Positions 23,132 to 24,000 of a stretch of DNA of 24,000 nt are shown here, piece by piece. Numbering within the stretch: position 1 is the stretch's first letter; each line of letters starts with the position of its first letter. The position numbers were made by a program, and so were the translations under genes. The stretch is from contig CAYZIL010000019.1 of assembly GCA_964478515.1 (NCBI GenBank), positions 15,714 through 39,713 of the forward strand. Direction: 5' to 3'. The DNA is from an uncultured Faecalibacterium sp. (GTDB lineage: Bacteria > Bacillota > Clostridia > Oscillospirales > Ruminococcaceae). Below the pieces are notes generated by a model. That model worked only from the letters and a program-made list of their open reading frames with translations. It did no database searches and was not told the origin of the DNA.

Positions 23132-24000
23132 ACACATACGACGTTGTTGTTATCGGCGGCGGCCCGGCCGGTCTCGCCGCGGCAATAGCCGCGCACAAAA
23201 AGGGCGCGCGCGTACTGCTGCTTGAGCGCGAGGCGCGCTTGGGCGGCATACTTAAACAGTGTATACACGACGGTTTCGGTCTGGTGCGTTTCGGCGAAAA
23301 GCTTTCCGGCCCCGAATATGCCGAGCGCTTTGTCGACGAATTTCGCGCGCTCGCCATAGACGCACACACGCTGTGCTTCGTCAGCAGCATTAAGCGCACT
23401 GACTCCGGCTTTGACATAACCGCAGTGCAGCGCAGCGGTGTTGAGCATTTTTCGGCGCGCGCGCTGGTGCTGGCAACCGGCTGCCGCGAGCGCACTGCCA
23501 AACAGGTATCAATTCACGGCACGCGTCCCAGCGGTGTCTTTACGGCCGGCACGGCGCAACATTATGTCAATTTGATGGGCCAGCTGCCGACAAAAAAATG
23601 CGTCATTCTCGGCAGCGGCGACATCGGTCTGATAATGGCGCGGCGCCTGACTTTGGAGGGCGCGCAGGTGCTTGGCGTCTACGAGGCAAAGCCGACGCCC
23701 TCTGGTCTGCGGCGCAACATTCGCCAGTGCCTTGACGATTACGACATCCCGCTGTTTTTGTCCCACACCGTCAGCCGCGTTTTCGGCGACGGTCGGCTCA
23801 GCGCGGTGGAAATTAGCCGCGTCGACGACAAGATGCGCCCCATTCCCGGCAGTGAGAGCCGACTGGAGTGCGACGCGCTGATACTGTCTGTCGGACTTAT
23901 TCCCGAAAACGAACTGGCCGAAAGTCTCGGCGTCGAGCTTGACGCCGCCACCCGCGGACCCGTTTGCGACAACACGCTGATGAGTTCTGTTCCCGGCATA
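23128..24000 (+). CDS. NAD(P)/FAD-dependent pyridine nucleotide-disulfide oxidoreductase (partial, 3' end outside the window)
   Basis: Not in the ORF track because no stop is reached. My own translation from ATG 23128 (ATGA overlap with the upstream stop) gives [35 protein letters not shown]...GGIL... and a second fold, [18 protein letters not shown]. The frame is open for 291 codons to the window edge. Confidence 0.85.
   Translation, partial: [291 protein letters not shown]

Noticed and set aside
1-24000. Mobile elements, prophage or defence systems (transposase, integrase, restriction-modification, toxin-antitoxin, Cas, abortive-infection ATPases or nucleases)
   Set aside because: Every ORF of credible coding quality is accounted for by metabolic, transport, envelope or regulatory families. 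I saw no terminal inverted repeats, att-like direct repeats or nuclease/ATPase signature motifs.

Overview
The window reads as a chromosomal segment of a Gram-positive-type, fairly GC-rich anaerobe. A Clostridia/Oscillospiraceae-like origin is only a guess from GGAGG ribosome-binding sites, codon style and gene content. Almost everything is on the + strand and falls into four blocks. (1) 76-6971: the tail of a cell-surface polysaccharide cluster: Wzx-type flippase, two tandem GT2 glycosyltransferases, a GT4 glycosyltransferase, a Wzy/O-antigen-ligase-family membrane protein and a TVP38/DedA-type membrane protein, closed by a strong intrinsic terminator. (2) 7063-8424: about 1.4 kb with almost no coding sequence, holding one 72-aa HPr-like gene that has lost the His15 phosphorylation site but keeps the Ser46 site. 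(3) 8425-19697, the main finding: a 13-gene galactitol-family PTS island. It carries every component type of the functionally unassigned E. coli sgc cluster (DeoR regulator, EIIB, GatC/SgcC-type EIIC, M42 'peptidase' SgcX-like, BtpA/SgcQ-like, SgcE-type 3-epimerase, EIIA). It also carries a Zn-dependent dehydrogenase, an SDR, a HAD phosphatase, a 159-aa unknown protein, a class II aldolase and a rhamnulokinase-like FGGY kinase. I cannot assign a substrate from sequence, so this is a candidate uncharacterised carbohydrate or polyol pathway. (4) 19876-24000: a PHP-family phosphatase, a convergent TetR regulator, and a divergently transcribed FAD oxidoreductase pair. The first of the pair is glycerol-3-phosphate/2-hydroxyglutarate dehydrogenase-like, with a C-terminal BFD-type Fe-S domain and an unusual BON-like N-terminal extension. 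The second is a pyridine-nucleotide-disulfide oxidoreductase that runs off the window. I found no rRNA, tRNA, CRISPR array, transposase, integrase or recognisable defence gene. All family calls come from reading motifs and from remembered reference sequences. No database search or identity calculation was possible.
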